A stretch of DNA of 58,370 bases from an uncultured Lachnospiraceae bacterium (GTDB lineage: Bacteria > Bacillota > Clostridia > Lachnospirales > Lachnospiraceae): positions 1-58,370 of the forward strand of contig CANQIJ010000001.1 of NCBI GenBank assembly GCA_947624025.1, read 5' to 3'. Both the position numbers and the translations under genes were made by a program. Under the pieces are notes generated by a model. It did not search any database. It saw only the letters and a program-made list of their open reading frames with translations, and was not told the origin of the DNA. The first letter of the stretch is position 1, and every line of letters starts with the position of its first letter. Positions 17,897-28,002 of this stretch are shown piece by piece.

Positions 17897-17903
17897 GCCT
17901 CGT

Positions 17904-18320
17904 TTATGCCGGAGCAGAAGTAAAAGAGGGATCTGCCCCGTAGATTTTCTTACAAAGCTTTAAGATCGTTTTTTCAAATACGCCCTTTTTATCAAGGTCT
18001 GAAAATCCCACAACCACCCTGTTTTCATGCATGGGCGCCAGGATGCAGATCCTGCGTATGATATTCTTATCCTGGTCACTGTAGGATGCCTGATCGAAGA
18101 AAAGGATACTGTCGTGCACGGATTTTAACATCTCATAATTGATCTTTTCTGACCGTTTAATTTTGTTATTCAGATCCGATCCCCACTCGTTTTTCCCAAG
18201 GATATACACCGTTTTTTGGGGATTCTTATCAAAAGTTTGTCCGACCAGCTTTTTTAGGTCTTTTTCTCTGTTATCCCTGTTCTGATCCCCGATATATACC
18301 GATACATAAGCCATGTCCAT
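17904..18320 (-). CDS. Hypothetical protein
   Basis: 138-aa ORF in the operon with GGAGG RBS. Confidence 0.65.
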   Translation of the reverse strand: MDMAYVSVYIGDQNRDNREKDLKKLVGQTFDKNPQKTVYILGKNEWGSDLNNKIKRSEKINYEMLKSVHDSILFFDQASYSDQDKNIIRRICILAPMHENRVVVGFSDLDKKGVFEKTILKLCKKIYGADPSFTSAPA

Positions 18321-18335
18321 TTTGTGTCTGTCCTC

Positions 18336-19775
18336 CTATTCTTCCACCGTGATGATATCAACGTCTTTTACGTCTTCGCTCAGGTAATAGTCCGCTTCCA
18401 GGATCCTGGTATCCGGGTAATGGTACACATTGATCTGGTACTCTCCGGCCGGCAGGTAGGCGAAATTGTATTCCATGATCTGGACAACATCGTTATATGA
18501 TCCGCTCTTTTTAACCATTTCGCAGCTCTTCCCGCTTTCATCCGTGATCTGGGCCGTTACCTTTCCGCTGCCTTCGTACTTCAGGGTAAAGACAACACCT
18601 GTCATATCTTTGTCAAAGTTAAGGTTATAAACCTCTTTTGTCGCTTCGGCATCCTCCTCATTGGATACGATCTGCACATCCATGACGGTCATGCTCTGCG
18701 GGGTCAGGTTCACCAGCCACTCTCCCGGCATGGATTCCTCCATGTCGCAGAGGATTTCTCCGGTGTCCTTTTCCGTTTCCACTTTCATCTGCCTGCCGTC
18801 CGGTGTTGTTAAAAGCATCGTGACCCGTCCAGACACATTGGTTACGGTATTGGGATCAAAGGTGGCTTTGACTGACATATTTTTCGTGGCATAATCCAGG
18901 TGAAAGACAAACTGCTGTGAATAAGCCATGATCTGATCTTCCTCTGTCTCATAAAACGGGATGTTATAGTCGATCCCCGCCGTATCACCGTCTGATTTTT
19001 TGAAGTTGTAATACTTAAAGAAACCCTGTCCGGCTATGTCATAATAGCCGCACTCCAGGTCATCCGGCAGCCTGATGGAAACATAGCCGTTTTTCGTGAT
19101 CTCGATATCATTCAGCGAATAAATCTCATAGCTCTGGAAAAAGTGGGTATCCGCCGTAACCGTTGCGGTACCGTAGTAGGTGCCGGCATAATAGGTGATT
19201 TCATATTCTGCATCCTTTTCCATGCCGGTGATGATGCCTGCCTCATTCAGCATGGTCTCATTCACCGGAACGCCGTTGATGGTCTCGATCAGGATGTTGT
19301 CGGATTTATCCGTTTCAAACGCCTCCCGCGCAGAGGTGCCTTTCACTGTTGCAGATGTCGCCTGAAAGGAAATGTAGCCGTCTTCAAATTTTGCACCATG
19401 CAGGGCAATGGAAAATCCGCAATCCTTGTACCGTTCCAGGGTCAAAGCCTCTTTGTCGATTTTTTTGCCCGCCCTGGCAAGCAGCTCGTTTTCATAATAG
19501 GACGGTAACAGGGTTTCATCTTTCCCTGCCCAGACGCATTTGGTGGCATCCAGGTCCTTACTGCTGGCTGACCTTGCCAGATCATGCACCTCATAGAACT
19601 TCGTACCGTCCTTGACGTAATAGACATCTGTCTTCAGTTCGTCATCATCTATGGCTTTCAGCCTGTATTTAGCGGTTTTATCCTGGAAGATCTGCTTCTC
19701 GCAGCCGGACAGAAACAATACCGGCACCAGAAGAAGAAACAGAACAACGGTCTTTCTGAAATAAGTGGATTTCAT
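18336..19775 (-). CDS. Lipoprotein, beta-rich
   Basis: Lipobox FLSGC; 479 aa. Confidence 0.8.
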   Translation of the reverse strand: MKSTYFRKTVVLFLLLVPVLFLSGCEKQIFQDKTAKYRLKAIDDDELKTDVYYVKDGTKFYEVHDLARSASSKDLDATKCVWAGKDETLLPSYYENELLARAGKKIDKEALTLERYKDCGFSIALHGAKFEDGYISFQATSATVKGTSAREAFETDKSDNILIETINGVPVNETMLNEAGIITGMEKDAEYEITYYAGTYYGTATVTADTHFFQSYEIYSLNDIEITKNGYVSIRLPDDLECGYYDIAGQGFFKYYNFKKSDGDTAGIDYNIPFYETEEDQIMAYSQQFVFHLDYATKNMSVKATFDPNTVTNVSGRVTMLLTTPDGRQMKVETEKDTGEILCDMEESMPGEWLVNLTPQSMTVMDVQIVSNEEDAEATKEVYNLNFDKDMTGVVFTLKYEGSGKVTAQITDESGKSCEMVKKSGSYNDVVQIMEYNFAYLPAGEYQINVYHYPDTRILEADYYLSEDVKDVDIITVEE

Positions 19776-19796
19776 AAAATTTCCTTTCCAAAGGAT

Positions 19797-20267
19797 CTAC
19801 TGGTTTATGATCTTCTGTATGGACAGAAGAGAACATCTGTACTTGCCGCACAGTGCCCTGAGGGACATATTCTTCTCGTAATATTCTTTTCTGATCTTTT
19901 TCTTTGTTTTCTCATCGAAACGGTTGCTGCTGCGGCCCTGTTCCTTGCATTCCCGGTAATGATCTTTCCGGCTGACAAGGTACAGGTTGTCATAGGCGGC
20001 ATTGGCCGTGTCGCCGTCCTTAAACCGAAGGACATTTAACGCCGTATCCGCCGGCACATCGGAAAACAGGTTATAGACAAGAAGCGCTTTATTCTTCTTA
20101 ACTACCTTGCCCTCGATCGTCAGGGATATATGGGAGTTTGGGTACGTAAAATAGTAGCTTTTCAGTTCCTTGCCCCGCTGGGAAAGGACCCTTCCGTCCC
20201 GGTACACCCTGTATCCGTGATACAGCACCATATCTTTTTCTTTGTTATCCTGCATAACTGTTACCAC
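19797..20267 (-). CDS. Degenerate HNH (NUMOD-type) protein with C-terminal HTH
   Basis: YRV..DGRV.S N-terminus, an HNH_3-like core FKDGD..N....NL..VSRKDH with H>F, and a C-terminal helix-turn-helix (SLRALCGKYRCSLLSIQKII). Confidence 0.6.
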   Translation of the reverse strand: MVTVMQDNKEKDMVLYHGYRVYRDGRVLSQRGKELKSYYFTYPNSHISLTIEGKVVKKNKALLVYNLFSDVPADTALNVLRFKDGDTANAAYDNLYLVSRKDHYRECKEQGRSSNRFDEKTKKKIRKEYYEKNMSLRALCGKYRCSLLSIQKIINQ

Positions 20268-20617
20268 CTTCTGTGATTGTGTTTCTTCAGATCGGTAAAA
20301 AGTTCCAAGGCTTCTTTGTCTTCTGCATCCGATGTCTGCCTGGCCTTGTTCTGTTTAGCGGCTTTTATCCTGGGAGCGCTTCTATCCGGCATAGTGTTCG
20401 CATTTCTGTGCACAGCCGCCAGTTCCTGTTCAAAAGACTGTCTCAGTCTGACTAAACGGTCGATCTGCAGACGTTCCAGCCTGTACAGCACCAGCAGATA
20501 GAGCATGTACAGAAAAAACAGCATAATCACGATCATCCAGACCGATATCCGTCCGGCGGTTGTATCCCGGATCACAGCAAGGGTTTCGATGTGCTGCCCT
20601 CTGATCATGTTTTTCAC
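20261..20617 (-). CDS. Small membrane-anchored protein
   Basis: One TM segment followed by a coiled region. Confidence 0.6.
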   Translation of the reverse strand: MKNMIRGQHIETLAVIRDTTAGRISVWMIVIMLFFLYMLYLLVLYRLERLQIDRLVRLRQSFEQELAAVHRNANTMPDRSAPRIKAAKQNKARQTSDAEDKEALELFTDLKKHNHRRW

Positions 20618-20625
20618 CCGCTTTC

Positions 20626-21330
20626 TTACAATTTTTCCCTAAGTCTTCCGGACAGGAACCGGTAAAGGAGTTCATCTAAAAGCTCTGCCTCATACTCATC
20701 ATCAAAGACACCCTTAAGCCTTCCCTTTAAGACGTTACCGGCTGCGGCGATCAGTTCGTCGGCCGGCATGAACCGCATATCCTTCAGGTCATCCAGAGCC
20801 TCACTGCGTTTTTTGACGCAGTAAATCATTTTCAGGGCCTCGATGATCAGCTCGGCCGGATACTGGGCATCCAGTGCCCGGTTGACGGATGCAAAGAATT
20901 TCTGGGTATCCTGGCTGTATTTCTTTTCGGTCGTGTCATTCAGCACACCGTCTATCATGGCATCAATGGATGCGGAAGGTTCCGCTGTTTCCAGATACGA
21001 GACCAGTTTGTCCATATCCTTTGCCAGAGTGTCATTATGGGGGAGCATCTCTCCGCCGTAAGTAATGAACAGCCCCGGCGATCTTCCCGGACGCACTTTG
21101 ACCCGGTAGGTATTCTTCTCCATAAAGATCCCTAACAGGGTATCCTGCCAGATATCTTCCTTGACAGGCTCTTCCGACAGGGTTTCCCCGGAATCCTTGT
21201 CGATGACAAGCTTTTTCCCGATAATGACGGTAACAAGATCCTTGCCGTTTACCTGCCGGATACTGTTCTGCTCCACCTGCCAGTCATAGGGGGATATTTT
21301 AAACGGCTGGTATACTACATGGCTTTCCAT
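20626..21330 (-). CDS. Hypothetical protein
   Basis: Start MESHVV (21330) after AGGGAG. Confidence 0.7.
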   Translation of the reverse strand: MESHVVYQPFKISPYDWQVEQNSIRQVNGKDLVTVIIGKKLVIDKDSGETLSEEPVKEDIWQDTLLGIFMEKNTYRVKVRPGRSPGLFITYGGEMLPHNDTLAKDMDKLVSYLETAEPSASIDAMIDGVLNDTTEKKYSQDTQKFFASVNRALDAQYPAELIIEALKMIYCVKKRSEALDDLKDMRFMPADELIAAAGNVLKGRLKGVFDDEYEAELLDELLYRFLSGRLREKL

Positions 21331-21343
21331 ACGTTTCTCCCTT

Positions 21344-21886
21344 CTAAAATGCGTTGCCATATTCTTCCGTGCTGCCTACGTACCCGCCGTAGGAGCCTGA
21401 GATTGTTTTGGGAGCGTGGGCAGAGAAAAAAGTCACAAGCCTGGTTGCAAAAGTAGGCTCCTGCAGTTCAAACGTCACCTGGATATAATCCCCATTCTTC
21501 AGCGGGTAGTTGTGGAATCCTGCGGACCCGTCGCCGGCAAAGATATAATCCAGGATCTCATCCTGATAGTAGGCGTTATAGGCATTTACAACTTTTCCGG
21601 TCGTCCGGCCTGCATCATTTGTCTGCGGCACGGAGGTTTTGGATTCATGCCGGATTGACACATTGTACAGGTTGTTGGTTGCATGGATCCGCTGCATCAT
21701 CTCCGTATAGGACTCTGCGGAGATATAACCGGACGCCCTGGCTTTATCAACGAACTCCACCACGGCATCATTGCAGTAACTCTGTGCATTCGCATCCATC
21801 TTCAGGCATAAGGAACTCATCCCTAATAGAGCGACCAGAAAGATGCCAACTACATAATTGACCGGTGTTAAAAACTCTTGAAACAT
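21344..21886 (-). CDS. Tad-cluster pseudopilin-like protein
   Basis: N-terminal TM helix, 'FVDKAR..GYIS' and C-terminal 'YGGYV' motifs; located in the Tad-like operon. Confidence 0.55.
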   Translation of the reverse strand: MFQEFLTPVNYVVGIFLVALLGMSSLCLKMDANAQSYCNDAVVEFVDKARASGYISAESYTEMMQRIHATNNLYNVSIRHESKTSVPQTNDAGRTTGKVVNAYNAYYQDEILDYIFAGDGSAGFHNYPLKNGDYIQVTFELQEPTFATRLVTFFSAHAPKTISGSYGGYVGSTEEYGNAF

Positions 21887-22017
21887 ACCAATTACTCCTT
21901 TTTACGGTTCGATGACGACCCAGTTTCTGATGACTTCCTTGATTTCATTTGACACTTCTCTCCGCATTTCCGGCGTAATCCCCGGATACAAGTTTCATAC
22001 TTTTCCCTTTCTTTGAC

Positions 22018-22476
22018 TTAGCGCAGCCTGTACAGAACCTTTACCAGTTTCCCGTCCTGGTCAACGGTATAGGTTTTTTCGTACTGTCTGGTTACGGAGA
22101 TTAAGTCCGCCAGATCACGCGGTACGCCGAATTTTGCCATATAATCAAAGATATCCTCTCCTGTTGGTGTCCTGTAGCGGTTGACGACCTTATCATTGAT
22201 CTGGACCGTCACGGTTCCGTCATACGTCAGGAGCTCTGTCAGTACAGCGGCACCGGACAGATACAGGTTGCTCTTACCAACGCCTGTTTCATACCCCTGC
22301 GGGGATTCATAGTCTTCGTATGTGGAAGAAATATCGATCTTCCTGTCAACGGATGCATTGACTTCCTGTTCGATCTCTTCATTTCTCTCCGTGATCTGAA
22401 AGATCAAAAAAAGGATCGCGATGCAAGCAAAACTCTCTGCGGCAATTAGATACAATTTATAGAGTATTGAGCTCAT
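22018..22476 (-). CDS. Pilin-like protein
   Basis: N-terminal hydrophobic helix; 'LSGAAVL' and C-terminal 'D.DG.L..V.Y' parallel the neighbouring pilin-like gene. Confidence 0.55.
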   Translation of the reverse strand: MSSILYKLYLIAAESFACIAILFLIFQITERNEEIEQEVNASVDRKIDISSTYEDYESPQGYETGVGKSNLYLSGAAVLTELLTYDGTVTVQINDKVVNRYRTPTGEDIFDYMAKFGVPRDLADLISVTRQYEKTYTVDQDGKLVKVLYRLR

Positions 22477-22497
22477 TTAATGGCACCTCCGGCACAG

Positions 22498-22532
22498 GGA
22501 TGTGGTGTCCGGACTGACCGGATACCACATCC
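22498..22532. terminator. Strong hairpin immediately 3' of the putative major pilin gene
   Basis: GGATGTGGT(G/A)TCCGG stem; the U tract is present only on the + strand. Confidence 0.6.
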
Positions 22533-22543
22533 TTTTTCCCGAT

Positions 22544-22996
22544 CTACGGCTGCGTCTGCACCGTAAAGATGATGTTCGTGATCGTCCCGTCAGAATCCCT
22601 GACGCATTCGCCTAAAAACTTGCTTCCGGGATTGATATAATACTGGGAGGACTTGTCTCTTGTATTCGCTATGGAAAGATCCGAGGGTGTTGCTAAGTCC
22701 GGCCCGGTAAAGATATAGTTATTGGTTCCCTTGCTTGTCGTGACGGTGATGCAGACATCATCGGTGGAATCAAAATATTTGATCGCGCTTACGACATCCG
22801 ATCCGGTGACGACCGCCCCGTCATACCGGGTATAATCGCTCTCTTCTACTGCGATGGACATACCGGTCAGTTTGTCGTTGGCACTTTCCGTGAAATCCTT
22901 GCCCTTGTTGATGGAATTAAACAGGACGCCGAGCAGGATCAGGGCCCCGATGACTACGCCGCCGATTGCAATTACTTTTTCAATGATTTCTGACAT
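22544..22996 (-). CDS. Putative major pilin-like protein of the Tad-type cluster
   Basis: N-terminal hydrophobic helix, 'YDG..VTGSDV.SAI' and 'YINP..KF......D.DG.I..I.F' motifs; AAGGAG RBS. Confidence 0.6.
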   Translation of the reverse strand: MSEIIEKVIAIGGVVIGALILLGVLFNSINKGKDFTESANDKLTGMSIAVEESDYTRYDGAVVTGSDVVSAIKYFDSTDDVCITVTTSKGTNNYIFTGPDLATPSDLSIANTRDKSSQYYINPGSKFLGECVRDSDGTITNIIFTVQTQP

Positions 22997-23070
22997 TTTC
23001 TTCACTCCTTTTTTTTAAATGAATTTACAGGTACGTGTGGTTGGAGTGTTCTATGTCAGGTGATTGCCGC

Positions 23071-25071
23071 CTAAATGGAAAGATCCATGCTCATGTACAT
23101 CTTAGCCGCCAATAGGAGCATAGGAAGCATGAGATACAGCACCAGGCTCATTAAGAACGGTGCCATGGCGATAAAGCCGCCCGTCCTGGATCTTCTGTGG
23201 ATCAGATCCTCTGTCCGCTGTTTCCGGTTTTCCAGGGAATACGCCCTCTCGATCTCCACGTTGGAAAAAGCAGTTTTCAAATCGGTAGAGTCGATCATAA
23301 GCAGGCTGTCCACAAACCGTCTAAAAGCATCATTGCTTTCGGAATCCTTCAGCTTTTCCAGAGCCTTCTGTTCGCCGTTCTCCATCTCATTGATACAGTC
23401 GTCAATGCTTGACTTGAAGGAATAAGCGAACATACTGAGCCATTCCATGATCTCATCCAGCTTGATGCCGTCTGCATTACTTAAGATCAGCACAAGCGTA
23501 TTAAACTGGTTCACCTCGTCATCCTTGTTCGTGGTGGAGATCTTGATCCGGAACTTTAAGTACCACAGCGGAACATAATAGGCGATCGCGGCGGCAGCTA
23601 AGGAGATCAGCAGGATGTACCATTTGTAATAGGTATTCTTATAGGCTGTCAGTTCCCGGATCACCTCATCTGCTATGATGTTGGCGTATTCGTCATTATG
23701 GATGCCGTCCTGTTTGATCTGTTCTGCCATCGCTTCCCGGTCTAGGGAAGACACCCTTTCGCCCTTGTTGGACATGATATAGTTCTTTGCCGTTTCCTCC
23801 ATCGTCTGCAGGTATTCCTCGTTCGGAACGATGCTTTCGTCAAATTCCGCCACGTAATCCTTAAGCATGGTCAGTTTCTCATGCACCGAGGTAAAGACCA
23901 TGGAAGTATTGATGCAGAGGAATGCGGCTGCTGCAAAAAGGATCTGTTTGGCAACAAAAGCTTTCGGACCAGTCTGGTCGCCTACTTCCTTTAAATCTTC
24001 ATTCAGGTTCAGGTAGTACATGTACCTGTGATTGACGATCCTGTTCAGCATCTTGGACAACGGCCTGAAGCCGGCGATCTTACTGAAGATCGATTCTCTT
24101 ACGATCTCACCGCGCTGCCCTTCTTTTAAAACATCGATCATATAAAAGCAGGCAAAGGATACCAGAAAGATCAATACCATTAGCGCTTTTCCCGGCGTAG
24201 ATTCATAAAACGCACGGGTTTCCGGCATGTTGCTGCAGGACCAGATCTGAAGCGGCTTCAGCAGAAAGATACTGATGATGCTGACGCTCTGCATGGTCCG
24301 GAATGCCGAGTAAATCAGGTTTTTTTTCAATATCTCCTGACCGATCTCCTCCTCCAGATAGGAAAGGCTCTTTAAGAATCCCTGCTCACCATTTGAGTAT
24401 TCCTTTGTCGAGGAAGCAATGGATAGCATTAACAGAAGAAACCGGTTCGGGCTCATCTGCGTGTACTCTTCCGTATCCTCTTCAAAGGTCGGGGATACCA
24501 GGATGTTATAGATCTTCTCTAAGTGCAGGCTGATCTCATAAGGTACGTCTTCCAGCGCATCATAGATGGAATCCTCCACGTTCCAGCAGGAGGTATAATT
24601 ATGACGGATCGTGGACAGCGCATCTTTTAGCTGCACCAGGATCGTGTACTCCTTTTTAGAGTATGAGGTCTGGATGTTCTGATAAAAGATCACGAACGCC
24701 CCTGTCAGACCCATGATCAGATACCACAAATCGCCCCTGGTGAAATAGACCGTAAAGCCCGAAAGGAGCACCACGATCAGCAGATTTTTCAGCATCACCT
24801 TCGTGGCTTCCTTATTGACGCTCATCATATCCGCCGGATATACGGATTCGGTATCAATAATGACTTTATGGAAAATGCGGTTTAAACCCGGCGTCACCAG
24901 AAACAGGCGGTAGAAGAAATGCAGCCTGTTCCTGCCGCTGTGCTTATTTAAGGCATTCGCCTTGTTGATCCGTTTTTCCCTGTGTTTTCTGGTTGCGGAT
25001 AAATAGATTCCGACCCCGATGAAGATGACTGCAAAACAAAGCAGAGCAGCCATCCAGTTGTCATATCCCAT
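23071..25071 (-). CDS. TadB/TadC-like fused membrane platform protein
   Basis: Multiple TM segments in two repeated halves; directly downstream of the CpaF-like ATPase. Confidence 0.6.
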   Translation of the reverse strand: MGYDNWMAALLCFAVIFIGVGIYLSATRKHREKRINKANALNKHSGRNRLHFFYRLFLVTPGLNRIFHKVIIDTESVYPADMMSVNKEATKVMLKNLLIVVLLSGFTVYFTRGDLWYLIMGLTGAFVIFYQNIQTSYSKKEYTILVQLKDALSTIRHNYTSCWNVEDSIYDALEDVPYEISLHLEKIYNILVSPTFEEDTEEYTQMSPNRFLLLMLSIASSTKEYSNGEQGFLKSLSYLEEEIGQEILKKNLIYSAFRTMQSVSIISIFLLKPLQIWSCSNMPETRAFYESTPGKALMVLIFLVSFACFYMIDVLKEGQRGEIVRESIFSKIAGFRPLSKMLNRIVNHRYMYYLNLNEDLKEVGDQTGPKAFVAKQILFAAAAFLCINTSMVFTSVHEKLTMLKDYVAEFDESIVPNEEYLQTMEETAKNYIMSNKGERVSSLDREAMAEQIKQDGIHNDEYANIIADEVIRELTAYKNTYYKWYILLISLAAAAIAYYVPLWYLKFRIKISTTNKDDEVNQFNTLVLILSNADGIKLDEIMEWLSMFAYSFKSSIDDCINEMENGEQKALEKLKDSESNDAFRRFVDSLLMIDSTDLKTAFSNVEIERAYSLENRKQRTEDLIHRRSRTGGFIAMAPFLMSLVLYLMLPMLLLAAKMYMSMDLSI

Positions 25072-25088
25072 TTTTACGCTCCCTTCTG

Positions 25089-27032
25089 TCAGGATACCTG
25101 TGCTTCATCCGGCAACAGTTCCTCCACCGGATCCGGCAGATCCCCAAAGAAATCGCCCTGATAGGGATTCCTCTTGATCGCCTGTATCATGTTCATGTCT
25201 GCAACAAACTGCTGTTCTTCTGCCGCCGTCAGTTTGGATTTGATGTCGTTCAACATCTCGTCACTGGGGAGCTGCACAAAGACAAACTCGCCGTTTTCAA
25301 ACCGTACCAGGTCCCGGCACTCAAAGAGTTCTCTGTCGGTCTGCCGCTTCCAGTATTCCTTCTCATCCTCTTCATGGGTAGCTGCTGCTTTTCTGTCGGA
25401 AGGATACTTTACATTGGTCAAAGGCACGACTTCCGTGATCCGCTCCAGGTAACGGTGTCCCTTCTTGTTTTCCATGTGCAGGTCGATGTTTAAGATCTTG
25501 GCCGACATCTCCACCGCTTCTTTTTTATCCCGGTAGATCCCGACGACAGGATCTAACAGGTTGTTCGCAAAGGACAAGACCAGATCGTAGGTCGTCTTCG
25601 CATGGTGCGTAAACATCGTAAACAGGGATGCTACCATGGAAGTCTGGATAACGAAGTTTGCCTGGATCGCCTCTGCCACCTCACCGATGATATTCACATC
25701 ACCGGAGGTTTTTTTCTGGAAGTTTAAGCCCTCCTGGGAGCCGATCGACTCCGTTTCCTGCATGGAGATGATGTTCCGGTAGGGATACGCGTAGTTTAAA
25801 TTTAACTCCGCTGATATCTCCTGCACACGTAAGGACAATCTGGCGTCAATATACCGGACCAGGGATTTTAAGGTCACGGTTTTTCCGGAGCCCTGTGCAC
25901 CGGTGATGGCAATGGTTCGCTGGCCCTTAATGAGCCACTTGATCATAGTAAGAGCGATCAGGTTGTTGTTGCCCTTGATGATGTTTTCCGGAGCAAGGGA
26001 CGGCGCTGAGTCAAATTTACGGGAGATAAAGAAGTAAGTATTGACGAAGGGCGGCCGTGCCACAACCACACGGGAGCCGTTACGCATCGTAGAGATGACA
26101 TACCCGCTTTTCCGTGAGAGGATCCGGTTGGCACCGTACTTATAGATGTTGCTGGTGATCCGGACAAGCTCCTCCTGGCTTTTTAACTGTACGCAGCTCA
26201 TCCGCAGTTTCACGCCGCCGACCATAATCCAGATGGACTGATACGTGTAGCGCAGGTTTTTAGCATTCATGATCTCATACCCGTCCTTGGATACGCCCGA
26301 CAACCCGACCGCGACCTCATCAATGCCGGTGTCAAAGAGCATGTCTACGATTCCGAAGCCCTTATAGTCTTCAAAGATCCGCTGCGAGAGGATCTCCAGT
26401 TTGTCGTTATAGGACAGGGAATAATGGCCGTTTAAGTAAGCAAAGATCTCGTCAAGTTTCTGACGGGTAAAGTCATAAATCATATCCCCTGTTTCCGGAA
26501 TTTCAATAGGTTTTAAGATGTCAAATTTCTTGATCAGCGTGGAAAACCCGTTCTGCTTTAAGGTCTCACCGTTTTCATCCGTCAGATAGTTGTAGGCGAT
26601 ATAGAGCATGATCTCGAACTTATCTTCCGGTTTGAGCTCATTTGCCCGCCCGAAAGGGATGATGAAGTCGATCGATGACTCATTAACGCCCAGGTGCATG
26701 GACGGATCAAGGAGCATATTCTTGATATACATCTTTACGAAATGCTTGGCCTGGTGGTCGCCGGAGGCAGACCGTTTCAGGTTTTTCCGAAATTCCGACT
26801 TGGACTTTTTCCGTTTTTCGTATTCTTTCTTGTTTAGGTTCCTGTCGCGGATGTTATCCTTCAGCATGGAGGAAAACTCCCTGGTGATCTTATCCCTTAA
26901 GGTGTCGATATCGGTATAATCGTTTTCATCCATGTCATCATCCCGGACATCCGACAGTGAGTTGGTATACCGGTAGGCCACGTAACCGACGCCGGCGAGG
27001 ATCAAAATGATCAGAATCAGATTAAGTACCAT
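25089..27032 (-). CDS. CpaF/TadA (VirB11-family) pilus assembly ATPase
   Basis: RVVVARPP, ISRKF, Walker A GAQGSGKT, QE..EL Asp box, NIIGEV Walker B and FTHH His box. Confidence 0.85.
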   Translation of the reverse strand: MVLNLILIILILAGVGYVAYRYTNSLSDVRDDDMDENDYTDIDTLRDKITREFSSMLKDNIRDRNLNKKEYEKRKKSKSEFRKNLKRSASGDHQAKHFVKMYIKNMLLDPSMHLGVNESSIDFIIPFGRANELKPEDKFEIMLYIAYNYLTDENGETLKQNGFSTLIKKFDILKPIEIPETGDMIYDFTRQKLDEIFAYLNGHYSLSYNDKLEILSQRIFEDYKGFGIVDMLFDTGIDEVAVGLSGVSKDGYEIMNAKNLRYTYQSIWIMVGGVKLRMSCVQLKSQEELVRITSNIYKYGANRILSRKSGYVISTMRNGSRVVVARPPFVNTYFFISRKFDSAPSLAPENIIKGNNNLIALTMIKWLIKGQRTIAITGAQGSGKTVTLKSLVRYIDARLSLRVQEISAELNLNYAYPYRNIISMQETESIGSQEGLNFQKKTSGDVNIIGEVAEAIQANFVIQTSMVASLFTMFTHHAKTTYDLVLSFANNLLDPVVGIYRDKKEAVEMSAKILNIDLHMENKKGHRYLERITEVVPLTNVKYPSDRKAAATHEEDEKEYWKRQTDRELFECRDLVRFENGEFVFVQLPSDEMLNDIKSKLTAAEEQQFVADMNMIQAIKRNPYQGDFFGDLPDPVEELLPDEAQVS

Positions 27033-28002
27033 CGTTCAGGCTCCTTTCCTTATCCGCCGGCAGATCGATCATGATCTGGTTGTTTTTTTTCTTCCGGAAT
27101 AAACCTTTTCGTACCGTCATGACTTCCTGTACCGCTGACTCCGGCAGCACAGTGGGACTTTCCGCTGTTCTTCGCTCCTGTTCCGATTTTGTGGTAAACG
27201 CAGCCTCCTCATCTTCCGATGGCGTATCCGCTGAAACGAACCGGCTTAACAGGTCACTTATGGATGCGGTCAGCATATAGTTGTCATCGTCGCGGATGGT
27301 TTTTCTGTTTGTCAGGATAAAATCCAACAGATTTTCCGTGATCACTGCATCCTTAAAACCCACGTTATGGGGCACGGTATAAAGTTTTCTGACCTTGTAT
27401 CGTTTCCTCATGCCGGAGAGGTCAAACTTAGAATCCGGCTCGTATTCCTTAACGATCAGGCTGACCGTGCTGTCTGTTTTGACTTCACCGGCGTATTTGC
27501 CCTGCGGTACGATCACGATGTTTTCATCCGCGATCTCCTTTGCCATTTTTAACAGTTGCCTGCTGTCTGACGGCAGCATAAGGAAAATATACTCATAAAT
27601 ATCCCTGGCATGGGTGATAACTGCTTTGAGCAGTTCCGGTTTTGTCATATCAAGCAGGGACGATTTCGCTGTCGGCCGGAATACATCAAACATATTTTCT
27701 TTGGTTAAAAGTTTTGTCACCGTGTCGTTGTAATGCTCTTTGGATAAATCTGCGGTTTCTGCCCGCAGAAGGATGGCATCCAGGCCGTCATCCTGGAAAT
27801 TATACAGGTCCCGGATACTGTTTTCCCGGATATCCCTGCCGGAGAGGATATTTAAGACAGACGCCTGTTCCGGCACAGCATTCGTAAACTGCAGCACCAG
27901 GGTCTTCTTGGATTTGGCGATCGAGCAGACGCCGGCGATCAGGGCCGTTATGGCCGCTGCATCATACAGGTTATTTTCGAGATCTCTTACGGTAACGATC
28001 AT
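27022..28002 (-). CDS. Degenerate ParA/MinD-like (TadZ/CpaE-like) protein
   Basis: MinD-like segment order without an intact Walker A; located in the Tad cluster. Confidence 0.45.
   Translation of the reverse strand: MIVTVRDLENNLYDAAAITALIAGVCSIAKSKKTLVLQFTNAVPEQASVLNILSGRDIRENSIRDLYNFQDDGLDAILLRAETADLSKEHYNDTVTKLLTKENMFDVFRPTAKSSLLDMTKPELLKAVITHARDIYEYIFLMLPSDSRQLLKMAKEIADENIVIVPQGKYAGEVKTDSTVSLIVKEYEPDSKFDLSGMRKRYKVRKLYTVPHNVGFKDAVITENLLDFILTNRKTIRDDDNYMLTASISDLLSRFVSADTPSEDEEAAFTTKSEQERRTAESPTVLPESAVQEVMTVRKGLFRKKKNNQIMIDLPADKERSLNDGT

Noticed and set aside
21902-21998. Tiny ORF(s): an RBS-ATG 17-aa frame overlapping a protein-like 29-aa frame (LYPGITPEMRREV...)
   Set aside because: Too short to support; could be a frameshifted remnant, but there is no independent evidence.
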